A stretch of 64,000 bases of DNA from Spongospora subterranea f. sp. subterranea (lineage: Eukaryota): the NCBI GenBank assembly GCA_049724395.1, contig JAUGWO010000069.1, positions 1-64,000 of the forward strand. Direction: 5' to 3'. Below the pieces are notes generated by a model. It was not told the DNA's origin. It did no database searches and saw only the letters and a program-made list of their open reading frames with translations. The position numbers were made by a program, and so were the translations under genes. This document shows, in pieces, positions 37,029 to 50,898 of the stretch; position 1 is the stretch's first letter; every line of letters starts with the position of its first letter.

Positions 37029-37154
37029 TCTATAAAATATCATCAATATATTTAACAAACTTAGCGAAACCGCTGCAGGCATGTCTGTTTCCCTTTCCAT
37101 GACAACACGTTTATTGCCCGTATTGGCGATGTTATTTTTTTTATTGATTTAAGT

Positions 37155-39578
37155 TCACTCTTCTCCCGATTTGGTTCGGCCATTTTTTTTTTCTGTGTAG
37201 CTTGTATCCTCTACTTTATCATTGTCCGGTCTGTGGTAGTTCCGCCAGAATTCTGCGTTGTCTTCGAGGTGTCTCATAATCGGCTCGAACCCATCGAACA
37301 CCGAACTGGAAGTGTCAAGTAGTGGTTTCACGATGTAATTGATGAACCCTATCTGGTTGACTCCCAGCGAATCCTGCATGCGTCTATCCATCAGTAAGCT
37401 GACTTCCAAACCTTTTTCGCGCTCTTGATCTCCTTGCCGGTAGAACTCTTCGATCACAAGCTGATTCCATCTCAAATGCAGCGTAGTCGACTTCGGAAAT
37501 ACCAATCAAAATCAAGGATATATACGGTGCCTGAATGCATACCTTTGTGAAATGGGCAAGATCGGAAACTTTGATGAGAATTCGGAGCATCATTGTTATA
37601 TCCTTCTCAAACCAGTTAACGGTTCTGTCCAAATCAGCCGGCATCGATGCTAACTTGATCTTGAAAGCGGACAAGATTTCAAAATGCCTCGCCAAATCAG
37701 TGGAAAGGATCATGTCGATCATAATGCCTCGAACTGTTTTGAATTGCGACCGCGTTAATGAATGGAAGATATTGCATTTTGGAATCGACGCGATCTTGAA
37801 AATTTCAGCGACATGCATATTCTCAAGAACGGCTTTATCATTATCTAAACGAATGGCGTTTGCCAATAATTACACTACTGTTCTGCTCAAGTAAACGTCT
37901 CAATCGATATCTTACAGGATGAGTGCTTCTGGAGATCCGGTGTTGATCATGAAGGCGTTATTGTAGCCAGGGTGGCCGACATCGTGTCCGAGACAGGCAA
38001 TCAGCGCCGCCATGAGCTCGATTGGTTGTAGCGACTGGGTCTGGTTGCTGGCGTACAATAGGTTGTAGAACGAATGACAAACATCGGCACCTAAAAAAAG
38101 CAAACAAACAACGCTCAAATTCCTCATCTTCCACCACGCATTGTGTGAGTCCAACCGTGAGCGCTATTGTGGTATATAACATTTAGATAATGGCGCTGAA
38201 GGTGATCAAAGAAATTGGTGACGGTGACGGGATCAAGTTTCAGTTCGGCCACGAAGTTATGCTCGGTGAACAGCGCCGCGGCCAAAAGCGTAATGGCGCA
38301 ACCGTTGCTACGGGCATTGATATCCAGGAAATCCAAGTTCCATGTCAACAGTTTCGTTGCCAGCTCGATGGCGATTCCAGACCGATCACAAGTCAAATCT
38401 AGACTGACCGAGGTCTTTCTCGGAACGAGCAGCTTTTTCTCCATTACACGATAAGTCATTGCACCAATGGATGAACCCGTCCGCTCGAGAAAATGCGGTC
38501 GTTTCCAATTCACAAACTCGGAATGGGTTAGCTCTGTCGACATGAACTTGACGACCGCCATTTCGCCTTGAGCCGCATCGCGAAGATGCAAATCCGGTCG
38601 AAGAAGCGATTCGGAGTTATCGCCAAGAAGCTGGATTACCTGGGCAATCGTCGAGCGAAGGCTGGCATCACTTGGCGTTGTGCATGATTCCAAAACGACA
38701 TTTAAACGATGAAGGATCTTCTCGAGCGGCGAATCGAGGTTTATAGCCGGGACCGGTCGGCGTAGTGCAGTTTTTTCGGCTTTGTCGAGGCGAGCCTTCA
38801 ATGTCTGGTTTTCAGCAAGAACCTGACGTGTAAATATGTACTCGGAACGACGTAAAGATTTGTTCTGGAAGGAACCGTTCAGGAATATCAATGATATGGC
38901 GACGAGAAAGGTGATCGTGGAGACGAGCTCGGCCCAAGAAGGGTTGGAACTATACGAGTTGTTGAATAACAGCAGAGAAATATAGATAATATTACTAGAC
39001 ACGATCACAATTATTGCCGATGGACGACGTATAGGAGACGCGATCGATATCGACCCCAAGACAATCAACAGACTGTGTAATGGCCACGTCGTCAACAGAT
39101 GGTTGTGTCCGATCTGCGACGCCACCAATATCGCCAGGACTGCCGCTGACATGGCCATGGTCAAGATCTCCTGCGTATAGACCTGCATCGTATCGAATAT
39201 GCACAGAACCGAAAGCAGCACGGCCACGATTCCCATCCCGACGGCCTCGCTCGTTATCGATACCTGGAACTCCCATTCCGTCGAATCAGGGTGCGCCAAC
39301 TCGCTGAGGATGCGCAGAGCGATGAGTACGCTAACGATGCCCAGAAACGTGAATAGGCAAGGTAACGTAGTTGACAGGGTCTTGTCAAGGATGGTCTGAT
39401 CGGTTTCGGAGTTGCCCATGGTATCGAACACTGAACTGAACTTGGATGAACGCCATCCTTGACCACAAGACGGTACAGTAGTTTTGGCGCCGTCAGCGCT
39501 CGGGATTTTCACCGATGGGTAGCGGACCGATTCGGATGAGGATCCAGATGATGTTCTGGCTTTTATTGGTGACGCCAT
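37155..39578 (-). CDS. Class I cyclic nucleotide phosphodiesterase with N-terminal transmembrane helices
   Basis: YHNSAHGADV, HDVGHPGYNN, AVLENMH, STDLARHF, KVSDL, EEFYRQGD, QIGFI. About six hydrophobic segments in exon 1. Confidence 0.95.
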
Positions 39579-40334
39579 GGGCCTGCGATCAAGGAGCTCG
39601 ATGATCGAACGGTCTATCCGCTGTTGGGTTCAGTAAACCCCATTCTCTATCTCGATCATCGTTTAAAATTGATGACCATGAAGGTCCTGGAAGTGATACC
39701 GATCCGATCCTGGCCTTACCGTACTAAACATAATAGTACACGAACTAGGGTCTCCTCTTGCTCAACATCCCGTGAAAACGACCGATAACTGACTTGGAGT
39801 TCATTTATAGTATTAAATCTATTCACAAAGGATTGTGACCACGTACGCCAGAAGTGATATCGGGCGGGAGAAACACTCTGACGATGGATGAACGAAGTAG
39901 CATCAACTCAGCGATGACCCTGTCGTACAATCAAGACCGGCACTGTCCTGTGCAAAAAATGATATTGCACTAAGGGGAAGAAGGCATGCCAGCATGCCTT
40001 CTTGCCATTGATGCACAACCCCGTCGGAATGGTATTGGTCGTCACTTTATTGACCCATCAGACGTCACTCTCGTGTCCCTCTGTATGTTTGACAGGTGGG
40101 TTTGGCCCAAGACACTCACAGAGGTGACAGTGGTAACATCGTCAATCCGTTTCTCTTCTCCGCTGCCCTTGTCATTCCTCAATTGTCACTGTACAGTATT
40201 CTGACTGTAATCTGACAGATTCTGACTGTATTCCGAGCGTGGTACCGTCGGCACGTTACATCACCCCCCGTGGGCGTGGCGTACACTAACTCTCAGCCGG
40301 GTGTCGCTTAAGTCATTCGACTTTGCAAAACGAC

Positions 40335-43168
40335 ATGATGTTAACGCTGAGGCCGATATCGCGATTATTGCTTCGGCAACGACGCGCATTCTATGATTGG
40401 ACCCCCAGCGCCTCGTATTTAAGTGCATGGTCGAACAATACCACGCTCAACGATTGGGTCGTGGACCGGATCAATCTGTTTCAGGTTCGGTCGCATGTCG
40501 CTTCTGATTTCCGGTCTCCTGAACCCACCTGTAGCCCAGCCGAGTACATTTATGCGATGGGTCGGAGGAAGAGTACAAGATGTTGCTCAACCTCATGGTG
40601 CAGACCGGTACCTTGATCAAGCTCAATCCCGAGCTGCGCCCAAACAGCTATCTCGCCCGCTCCGATAAAAGTGATGTTGCACGTATCGAAGAGAGAACGT
40701 TTATTTGCAGGTATTCACGAATAGGTGAGTTATATATCGACGACTGCTGATGGCAGGACTATAGTGATAGCCAAACGGATGCCGGTCCGAACAACATTTG
40801 GATGGACCCGCTTGAAGCACAGTTCAAGCTAAACGCTCTGTTCACCTCATCAATGCAAGGTCGAACACTTTATGTTGTGCCTTTCAGTATGGGACCGATC
40901 GGTTCACCAATTTCTCAGGTGATTCACTTTGTGTACATTGTCGCCAATGACGTCTTACCCTTTGTTGTCAGATTGGAGTTCAAATAACTGATTCTCCATG
41001 TAATATTGAATGCGTAAATCGACAGACATCATTGTGTTGAACATTACCGCAGATGCTGTGGCGTCCATGCGTATCATGACTCGAATGGGAAAAGTGGCAC
41101 TAGATGCTCTTGGTTCTGACGGATTCTTTGTTCCTTGCATGTAAAGCAGATACAGCTCAATGATTTACCAGTCGGCCTTCTGAATTTCCACATAGACACT
41201 CCATTGGTGTTCCCCTGACGCGGGATATGCAAGATTCTTCCTGGCCGTGTGTGCCCACTATGGAAGGCAAATGGATCGTAATATCGCAGCCGAAGCGCTC
41301 TCGAATTTGGTCTGAGCAATTTCCGTAGGTTCATTTCCCAGAGCAACGACGAATTTGGTCCTATGGCAGTGGGTATGGTATATATCCAGCTACCTCATTC
41401 TCTTTTTCAGTTTGTCGATTACTGTTCAAATCTAGGTGGAAACGCGTTACTTGGCAAAAAGTGCTTCGCTCTTCGTATCGCATCTGCCATGGCCCGCGAC
41501 GAAGGGTGGCTAGCTGAGCACATGCTCATCGTCGGCATCACTAATCCGAAAGGCGTCAAGAAATATTTTGCCGCAGCGTTTCCTTCCGCATGCGGAAAGG
41601 TCCATCTGCTGTCCATCTGGTGATTCTAACATTTTGAATCCTCAACAGACCAATTTAGCGATGATGCAACCGAAAGTCCCAGGATGGAAGGTTGAATGCG
41701 TCGGTGACGACATGTAAGATGTTGTTTCCACAGATGTACCGTTCTAATATATGAACCGCAGTGCTTGGATGAAAATCGGACCCGATGGAAAGCTGTATGC
41801 CATTAACCCTGAGGCTGGTTTCTTCGGTGTTGCTCCTGGTACCAAATTTGTTTTCAATATTGTTTTTCCATTGAGCGATAAGTTTTCAGGAACGTCATAT
41901 GACTCGAACCCTAATGCGATGAAGTCGCTCTCAAAGAACGTGGTATGAACCGAATCGATCTTGCACTGCATTTTTCATGATAGTAATCGATATTTGATCT
42001 TATTAGATCTTTACCAACTGCGCACTCACTCCCGAGAACGATGGTCGTACTTATAATTTGGCAACCATGATACCAAGTGCTGACTTGCTTTGACTCAGTT
42101 TGGTGGGAGGGGATGACTGCCCAACCTCCCAAGAAACTTCTCTCCTGGCTGCGTGCAGATTGGACACCAGGGTCTGGGTCACCGGCCGCGCATCCAAACG
42201 CTCGATTCACTGTTGCTGCTGAGCAATGCCCAGTCATCGACCCCAAAGTCAAGATCGAATACCCTTCATTTTTATCATGTCATTTATGGGTTTTCATGTT
42301 CAGTGGGCTGATCCGGCGGGAGTCCCGATTTCAGGCATTATTTTCGGCGGAAGTAATATTTCCCGGTTTTATCCGAATATTCAAATTTAACTGGCCCTAG
42401 GACGATCATCAAATATTCCTCTCGTGTTCCAAGCACGTAGCTGGGATCATGGTACCTTTATCGGGGCGGTGATGACATCAGAAACCACTGCCGCCGCTGC
42501 TGGAAAACGCGGTGTGCTACGACCAGATCCTGTACGTGCACGTTTCGCTAATTTCCGTTCTGCTGATTTTGTTGTTTCTAGTTCGCAATGATGCCGTTTT
42601 GCGGATATAACATGGCCGATTACTTTGATCACTGGCTTTCATTCTCTCAACGAACAGATGAGGCCAAACTTCCCAAAGTATTTCATGTTAACTGGTACCG
42701 TATAGATAATCTCAACCGGGTCGAGTCTGATATTGTAATGCAGGTTCCGCAAATCTGCACAGGGCAAATTTATGGTATATGAGTTTTGTCAGAGTTTTGT
42801 TTCGGTGGCTAATGGTCTGCTATAGTGGCCAGGATTTGGCGATAATATTCGTGTGTTGGAGTGGATTTTCAACCGCTGTAGCGATGAACCAAGTGATAAC
42901 GCGTACATATAGTAGATATGTCCACTTCCGCAACCTTGAACCGTTTCTTAGAGTAAACACGGCGATTGGTCTAGTGCCGAAACCAGGCGCGATTGACACG
43001 AAAGATCTGGACGTGGCGCCAGAAACAATGGCAGCCCTACTTGAGGTGGATAATGTAGCATTCCGTAATGAAGCGCAAAAGTATCGCCAGTTTCTGTCCC
43101 AGTTCGGCGATCGGATTCCTGAAAAGATCATGTCCCATCTTGATACTCTTCAATCATCAACCAAGTAA
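40335..43168 (+). CDS. PCK: GTP-dependent phosphoenolpyruvate carboxykinase, probably mitochondrial, about 18 introns
   Basis: [76 protein letters not shown]. Arg-rich presequence [19 protein letters not shown]. Confidence 0.96.
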
Positions 43169-43317
43169 TTTACTAAAACCTTAGAGCTCATCTTTACCAG
43201 GTCAAATGAAAACTTGGGGTTTCGCCATGGTTGTTCGTACAGTGCGAAACAACCGAAAAACGCCGTCGTCGGCTTGAAATGATGGGATTCGGTCCGTGCC
43301 ATCGCCATTGAACCTTT

Positions 43318-44517
43318 ATGAAGCGACAATTTCAATGGATGAGAACTCCTTTGGCCAGGAGGCAATATAGTGCTTATGGGTATCATTTGCATTGGGTAGC
43401 GCCACCTGATCTGCAGTCGTCGCATCTGGGTCCGGAGCTGCCCGAGGTCCGGGATGCCGACGGTCTGGTTAGCACGCGTCGCCATCTTCATGATGGCACG
43501 CCAATCTCGCTGCTGAATAGGGCGATGGAGATCGTGAAACCTATGGGATCTGCACTATGTGAACCTATCCAATCCCGTCTAGCTTATATCCACCAGCAAC
43601 GTGGCGATTATCGCTCAGAACTCGACACGTTGAAGAACATTCCCAATCCGTTGCATCAATCAGCGGCGGCTATCGCCACGTACAAATTAGGCAGAACAGA
43701 TGACGCCATCAACTTTGGATTGCGATTAACTACCTCTGATCAACCATTACTCGACTCGTTGCGCGCTCGAGCCGTTTATGGTGTTTTAGCTCGAGATTCG
43801 AGCAGTTTAGAGACTGCTTCTGAGTTGGCCAGCGCTTTGCCTGGGGATTGTACAGTCAAAGGTTGGGTTTGATCATGTGCACATATGTGCATCTATATTA
43901 ATTTGTTGTAGCGATATTGAAACTGTTGAACGCATGGGTTCTGTACGATCAAGGTGCGAACGTTTCAGTTGCTCTTGTTCTAGACGACGCGATATCAACA
44001 CTCAAAAACAGCAACGCCAGTTCCAAGATACTTGTTCCAGCACTACAGCTGTCTGGGATCGTAGCTGGTCCAGAACATCCCAACGCCCGCGTTCTGTTTC
44101 AGCAGGCGCTCAACGCCTGTGAAGAGGCCAACGTAATTCCATTTCAGTGATCGGTTCACAACGTTCTTAGTCGTCCAGCAGGACATGGTTATCGCCATGA
44201 CCGAATCGTTACGATTATTGTCGTTGTCGTACAAGATGTCGGGAGAGGCGATCATCGCCGAGGGGTTGTTGCGCTCGGCGATCAGCAGGATGACATCGTC
44301 GCGTTATCTATCGGCACCCATGTTGACGGCGTTGACGGCAACTCGCAAAACGTACAGCGATCTGTTGCGCGATCTGGAATGGAATGGCGTTAGTCGTCAA
44401 GCTGATGCAGATCGTGTTCTGGCCGAATGCGATGCCGATCGTAAACGGTGCCCGTTTCTGAATGGTGACGCTGTTCCTTTACCGGAATGGATTGTTCAGA
44501 TTCTCACGTCGGATTAA
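43318..44517 (+). CDS. Hypothetical helical protein, possibly mitochondrion-targeted
   Basis: Three ORFs joinable by GT-AG introns at about 43862-43910 and 44133-44178. Arg-rich N-terminus. Confidence 0.6.
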
Positions 44518-44964
44518 CTATTATAAATCTATACATATTCCTACAGGTTTCAGCCCGGCAAATGTCGTCTAGACAGTGCCTAGCATTTGAACGAGGATAT
44601 TTTCACAGTGTGAGTACGATCGGGGAACCTTGCGAGGAGTGATTAAATCAACGGATCGAGTTCATGGTGATTGTACAACCGAGCCACCGTCTTGTTGCAA
44701 TATTCGAGTGGTTGAGCGTGGCTAAAGGCACCGGTAGACCCGCAGCACATCACCACAGCAGCGGTAATTGACGACGGGAGTTGTCCCTTCAGTCATCGTC
44801 CTCACTTCATGTTCCTGATTCCCGAGCGACGCCATCAATCATGGGCGGAAAGTCACGAAGCCAAATCCAAATTATTGAACCGATCCAGGAAGTAGGATTT
44901 CCAACACAATAGCGTTCCCCAAATGTTGTGGTCACAAAGTCGCAATCGTAGGTCGAACGTGAAT

Positions 44965-46590
44965 ATGGGAAGTCGACCGCCAGTATTTGAGTCGTCGGCG
45001 ACTGCATCGTTTGCCGGTCTTCACGGTGAGAAAAGTCGGCCCAGCGCTCACTCTGCCACACACGGCTTGATCGAATACGCGTCCGGGTCGAAACAGTATT
45101 CGACATCGGCGATCATGTCGCTCGAGTACAAGTCGATGACCCGTTCGAAGGACTGCCCGGGCGTCGCGGAACGGGGCCAGCACACGACCTCGGCGACGGC
45201 CCATCCGATCGCGGCAGACCATATCGTCCTCGGCCACGAACCCAATAATTGGCAAACGGAAACCAGTAGGCAGTTTATCGAGCGCGATCCGATCGTGAAC
45301 AATGGTGCTGTGGAGTCGGCCAGGGCGCCGAACACATCGCATCTGGTAGAGTTTTGTGTTTTCAAAGCGGGAATTTGTCGCCATGGTGTTGATTGTTCAG
45401 TAGGTTCTGGGGCAATATCCGGCTGAATGGAAATCGATGAATACCTCCCAGTTCAAGGAGCCGCCCAATCAATCCCGACCCCAAATTCCCAGGTTGAAGA
45501 TTGGGAATCCAATGAATACGCCGATCATGACTGAGAGGGAATCGGATAATACTTGGAACACGGCCAACGCATTGGCGTCGTCTCTTGCGGGTCCAGGACG
45601 CCCAACCCCAGCTCAATTGCCGGCCATACGACCACACAACTCTCTAAACACATCGGAGGATCGGCATCAGGATTTCACCACGACCAATAAGAAGTTCTTC
45701 AACGAGCGAGAGGGATTGACGGAAAGGGCGGTGATTAGAAGGGTGATTCCGACCAGGAATATCGTGTTTGGTGACGACCTTTCGTTGTACAAGACGAGCG
45801 CCGTTCAGAGTCTGTTCCCCGCCTCTGTCACACAATCTGCACGACGACATCATCATGATCCCGTATCGAGGTTCACGACAGCTGCCAGGACCGAACCGAC
45901 CGACTACCAAACCACATCATTGCACGATTTTCAACTGCCAGCTGTGAAAATTGGATCATATCGTTCGGCAAAATCGATCAACCCCAAAACCAGAACTCTA
46001 TCGTTCTTATCCGCTAATTCCGATACGGAATCGTGGCAATCAAATTCAGCAAGAAACTTCAACGGTAACCCACACGTTGAAGAAAACGTAGCCATAGTTG
46101 CTGAACCGACGAGAACAGATAAATCCGCCATGATGACCGAAGGTGAGCGGGATCTTGTCGGGCACATCGCAGCGACAACGAAAGGCCGGTTCGCTCGTGC
46201 CAGTTGGCCCCTTGATTGCGGCAGAAACTCGTCGTCATTCGACACCGAGAACATAAGCCAGTTCTGCCCCAAGGCGTTGGCTCCTGGCCAGGTCGCCATC
46301 AGTGCCAAAAAGAAGAGCGGCAAATCCAACATCAAGGTAACGTTTTCTGGGCAATTCGGCAACGTTGATCGGGTCGATAACGTAAAACGTGTGCGGTTAC
46401 CCAGTTCGGAGAGGCTCCGGTCGAGTACCAGACGCTATCGGCGGCGGCAAGCGCCATGTCGGCCGGGCCGACAATACCCCCGTTGCGGATGACAAAGGTG
46501 CACCACGCGAAGAGAAAGGTGGTGGTATTGGACCCGCCTATGCCCATATCAACCAGTAATATTATGAGTGCCGCATATAAAGATCAGTAA
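44965..46590 (+). CDS. Repeat protein resembling axonemal microtubule inner proteins (SAXO5/TEX45-like)
   Basis: Recurrent motif IVLGHEPNNWQTETSRQF, LVLGQYPAEWKSMNTSQF, IVFGDDLSLYKTS, TDYQTTSLHDF, IKFGEAPVEYQT. Introns at about 45347-45403 and 46337-46404. Confidence 0.55.
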
Positions 46591-47098
46591 TAAACGCGAT
46601 AATAAAAAATAAGTGAAGGTCAGCATACCCCTTCCGGGGACATAGGATACGATCATTACACCGAAATCTGGAAAAAATCCGTTTGGTATTTTCGGTTGAA
46701 TAACTACAGTTCGTTTTAGCCAATGTGGACTATAAAACAATAATCGTAATTCGTGACAGTCGCTTGGCATTACAGGTGAAACACTTCAACGGTAAAAATT
46801 AAGTGTGTCACCTGTAACGTCGCCTGGCACCATTTTAGACATTTATACGCTTTGACTTTTATAGTCAAAACCAATTCTACCGTCTTCGTCCCTTGAATAT
46901 ACCTGAGCCTGACCTTGATTTAACACAAATCCCCATGAACCAGATGTTGCGCCATACGCCAAATAAGTCCCAACATGGGCGTATCGTCAGCAAACTGCGC
47001 CAGTGGGGGTCACCTTATGGCACCGTGCCCCGGAGTTGCCGGTTCCGACTGACGATAAAGCGTCTGATAACCCCAGGGCTGTCAGTGCCTAAACGGGA

Positions 47099-48267
47099 AT
47101 GGCGTTGCGCCTATTGCTGCGATCCAGATACCCAAATGAGTTCTATGGCCGATCACTGAATAGCGCTTCAGCAAATGACTACCGAAATCCGTCAAGGTTT
47201 CTTGAGCGTTCTTACATCCGTGGACTGGTACGATCTCGTCGAACTGATCTTGTCTCAACGATCGTCGAATATTTTCCACATCCTGATACATATACACTGT
47301 GTTCGACGGTGACTGGGCTTTTGTCTCATCATCCTGATCAATGCATGGATTGGTTTTTGCTAATGAATAGAACCGTACCCGTTCAAGCTGCTCATCCCGC
47401 TTTTCCTGGAGCAGTCACGAATGCACTCTCATTTCATCCCGGTCAGACATTTGCATGCCGGAAAGTTGCTGGTCTGACAAAATCTCCCCTAACGCGTCTT
47501 ATGGCCAACAGTATCATGCGCTGCCTGTCGTATGAAGGTGATGTGGACGCCTGCAGGGAATGGCTCCAAGAAATGCAACGTCTCGGATTTCGCCCTGACG
47601 CCATTACCTACTCTCATGTGATTCGGGCATATGGCCTCAATAACTATCTCCAAGAGTGTCGCCGTTATTTGTCGCTAGCAAACGCGCACGACAGATCACA
47701 TTGGCGTCTGCGCGTGGCGCATAATCAAATGCTTCTGGCGCTGTTGAGATACGGCCATGTTCACGAGGCTGAACAACTCACTATTGATATGAAGCGCCGA
47801 CAAATCGGCCTGGACGCGCGACATCGTTGAATATTCTGGTTATTGGATTGGCTCGATGGAACGGTGGCGACATGTTCCTGCAATTATGGAACGATAGGCT
47901 GCGGTTGTTACATGACCAATCAGAGTCCCTGTCTCCAAGGTTACTTGGCGCTCTATCGAAGTACTTCATCGCCAGTGATGGGTCGACACTTCCTCTATTC
48001 AATGCGACTTCGTATCGTGTACCGGTTCCTTGGCTGGTTCTGTTACAGTTCGCCACGCTCCTGTCTGATCGTGGCAAATACGTTGCTATGATAGCCGAGG
48101 AGTTACGTTCGCGGGGTATCCAACCGACGCAGGAGTGCCAACTCATTATTGATGGAAAGGATCAACGGTTCCAGCCCGCTCCAATTGCAATCATGTCGCG
48201 CCTAAACAATCTCCTGCTGTCAAGTGAATCAAGCAAGATAGATCGTCATTCCATCAACTATATATAG
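47099..48267 (+). CDS. Pentatricopeptide repeat (PPR) protein with an apparent frameshift near 47820
   Basis: EMQRLGFRPDAITYSHVIRAY, followed by a further repeat split between ORFs 47099-47830 and 47827-48267. Confidence 0.8.
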
Positions 48268-48421
48268 CATATCATAACATATTTATCGAAACAATGCTTT
48301 TCATCTATTCACCAAAACAGTGATTTTTCCATTTGTTGGGGAGCAAAGGGACCGATGCGCGCGTGCCATCACCTTTCTACTCAAAACGGCGCCGTACAAA
48401 TATATCAGAAAAAATTACAGT

Positions 48422-49819
48422 ATGCTGCTGAGTCTTGTGCCTGAGGAAGATGTACTGAGCAATCCTCTTGCGATAGCCATTGGTCAATCTCCAAAATATG
48501 TCCAATCCTTATATATGGGTAAGCAACGTATTACGCGGATCGGGAACTTCGCAAGATTTGTAAACCTGAACGTTTTGTATTTGAATGATAACCGCCTGTC
48601 GGTTATCGACGGGCTTGAATCTTGCGTCCGCTTGAAAGAACTCTTTCTGCAAAATAATCGCATCACATCGATCGCCGGAAAATCAATCGCCTCTTTGCGG
48701 TATATGACGAAGCTTAATTTGTCGAGGAATCGACTGAAGAATCTCTCGGAGACGTTGCCGTTTTTGAGACATATGAAGCAGCTTGAAGAACTTGGTTAGT
48801 AATGCCAGGAATTTTGTTCAAACAATAACTTTGACGTGCAAGATCTGTTTGGCAATCCGCTCTCCGAAGAACAGCACTACAGACTGCTTGTTATTCACGC
48901 GCTGAAATCAGTCACTGTTCTTGACCGGATTCGTAAGCGCAATGCATTAGATTTACAAACCTGAGTTACGATGTCTTTTCTATTCAGCCGTCACAAAGCC
49001 TGAAATCGAGAAAGCCGATCGTCTGCATGTGGAACTAGTACGGTCCGGGCATTGTATTTCTGATTCTCATCACCCAGCAGCGCGACCTAACTTAGCGTTC
49101 GGGAAAAGATGGAACCTTAAACCAGAGGCGCCTCAGCAATATGGTCCCATATCGATGTTGTCAGCAAAGGTCATCGCTAAAGCCAAAGTCAGCATTCAAT
49201 GACTCGCTCAGAAATAGCCTTGACGTGACAATTTATTTTCAGAAAGTGGAACGGCAGCTGGCTCGGCGCCATCGTGATAACCTGTTGGCATTATACGGTG
49301 ATTGTGGTGAACGTCACTATCCGGAAAATTTTTCATTTCCTGTTCCACATCATCTGCGAACCAGTGGCAAATCTCACCAATTCTGGTCCCGGTTTGAACT
49401 ACATGAAATACTGGAAAAAGTCGTACAAGTTCACTTGTGGTTGCGTACGAAATTAACACTGTTGATTGCAGAAGTTTAATGATCGTTCTGGTTCTGTTCT
49501 CACACCGTCGTTGGTGAAAGATGTCATAAGCAACCTCGACATTGGACAGTTACCATCCACAGAATCGTTGAACCAGATGATATCCACTTGGCCACAGCAA
49601 AAAGCGGGGTCTGCTACTGAACAATGCATAGCCCTCCCTGCCTTGTTGGAACAGTTGTGCGATTTGAAATGGGGCGCCGTTGGCCCTGAGCAACTTATAT
49701 CATTGCGAGATCAACTGTATGCGAAGGCGAAAGTTGCTGTCACAAACGGAAAAGACTCTGACGGGTTAGTCAAATCAACTGAAGCTCTCGCCGTTGAACG
49801 TTTTTTACAAGAACGGTAA
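48422..49819 (+). CDS. SDS22-type leucine-rich repeat protein, LRRC72-like
   Basis: LNVLYLNDNRL, LKELFLQNNRI, LEELDLFGNPL and the LRR cap YRLLVIHALKSVTVLDR. Several introns. Confidence 0.8.
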
Positions 49820-49935
49820 TAACTAGTATTTGCCCAAACTGCAGTTTTAATGATACAATTTATTTAAAGAGAATTACAGTGAAGAAACCGAAATGACTGA
49901 TTGATACATTGACCATGATGATGGGATGACCATTC

Positions 49936-50898
49936 TTAACGCCTCGCCTCGGTTTGGATACCCGGCCGCGTTGATAAGCCCATCGAGGCATCGATGACGG
50001 AACCGTGGAATATTCGACAGGAGCTCTGCGTGGTAAGAAACAGCAAAGCGGCGGCAATTTCTTCGGGTTCAATCAGCCGTCTCTTGGGAAATTTCTGGAT
50101 AAAATCGTCAACTTTGGCGCCGATTTTGTCTAAAGTACTTTTGCGAAACATGTCGGTGATTGTTGCTCCTGGAGAAACACAAAGTACATCGATATGGTCG
50201 TAGATATGCTGAGCAGCCAGGTGCCGTGTTAAATATCCAAGAGCCGCCTTTGACATGAGATCAGCTGGACAATACTCAGGAAATACCGCACAGGAAGAGC
50301 CACCAACAGATCCGATCATGATGCACACGCATCGCGATGGTCCAACCATCAAGGGGATCATAGAATTGGTGATCCATAATGGTCCTAAGGCGTTTACGCG
50401 CATAAGCGCCTCATCCTGCCAAGCACGGCCCAAGACATCTTGAATATCGAGGTCGTCATCTTTCCTGACGGGCTTGGACAGAACGGGAGACACGTTGTCG
50501 TATGTTCTTACGGTTTCGGATCCGAGGGCGGCGTTGTTGATCAACGCGTGTAGAGTACTGCCGTTTAACCATTCTTTGACCTGTCGATACCTACAGACAA
50601 TATCCATGACTCAGCAAGTAAAACATAATTTTAAACAAAAAGAACATGAGTTATCCTACAGATTTGAGATACATTCAAGGTTTCCTTGATCGCAATATAC
50701 AGCATGAGTATTGTTAGGGTATTTTGCGATGAGCGAATCGGCTCCAGCCTTATTCTTGAGATAAGTGAACAAGACTTGATGCCCCGCCTCTGCAAATTCT
50801 TGCACCACCGACCGTCCAATACCGCTACTGCCCCCAGTTATCACAACCCTAAGGGAGGTATCTCGTGAAAATCCTTCCTTGCACGAATTGCCCGACAT
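49936..50898 (-). CDS. Short-chain dehydrogenase/reductase
   Basis: ITGGSSGIG, LINNAA, VNALG, SPGATITDM. One intron at about 50658-50592. Confidence 0.92.
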
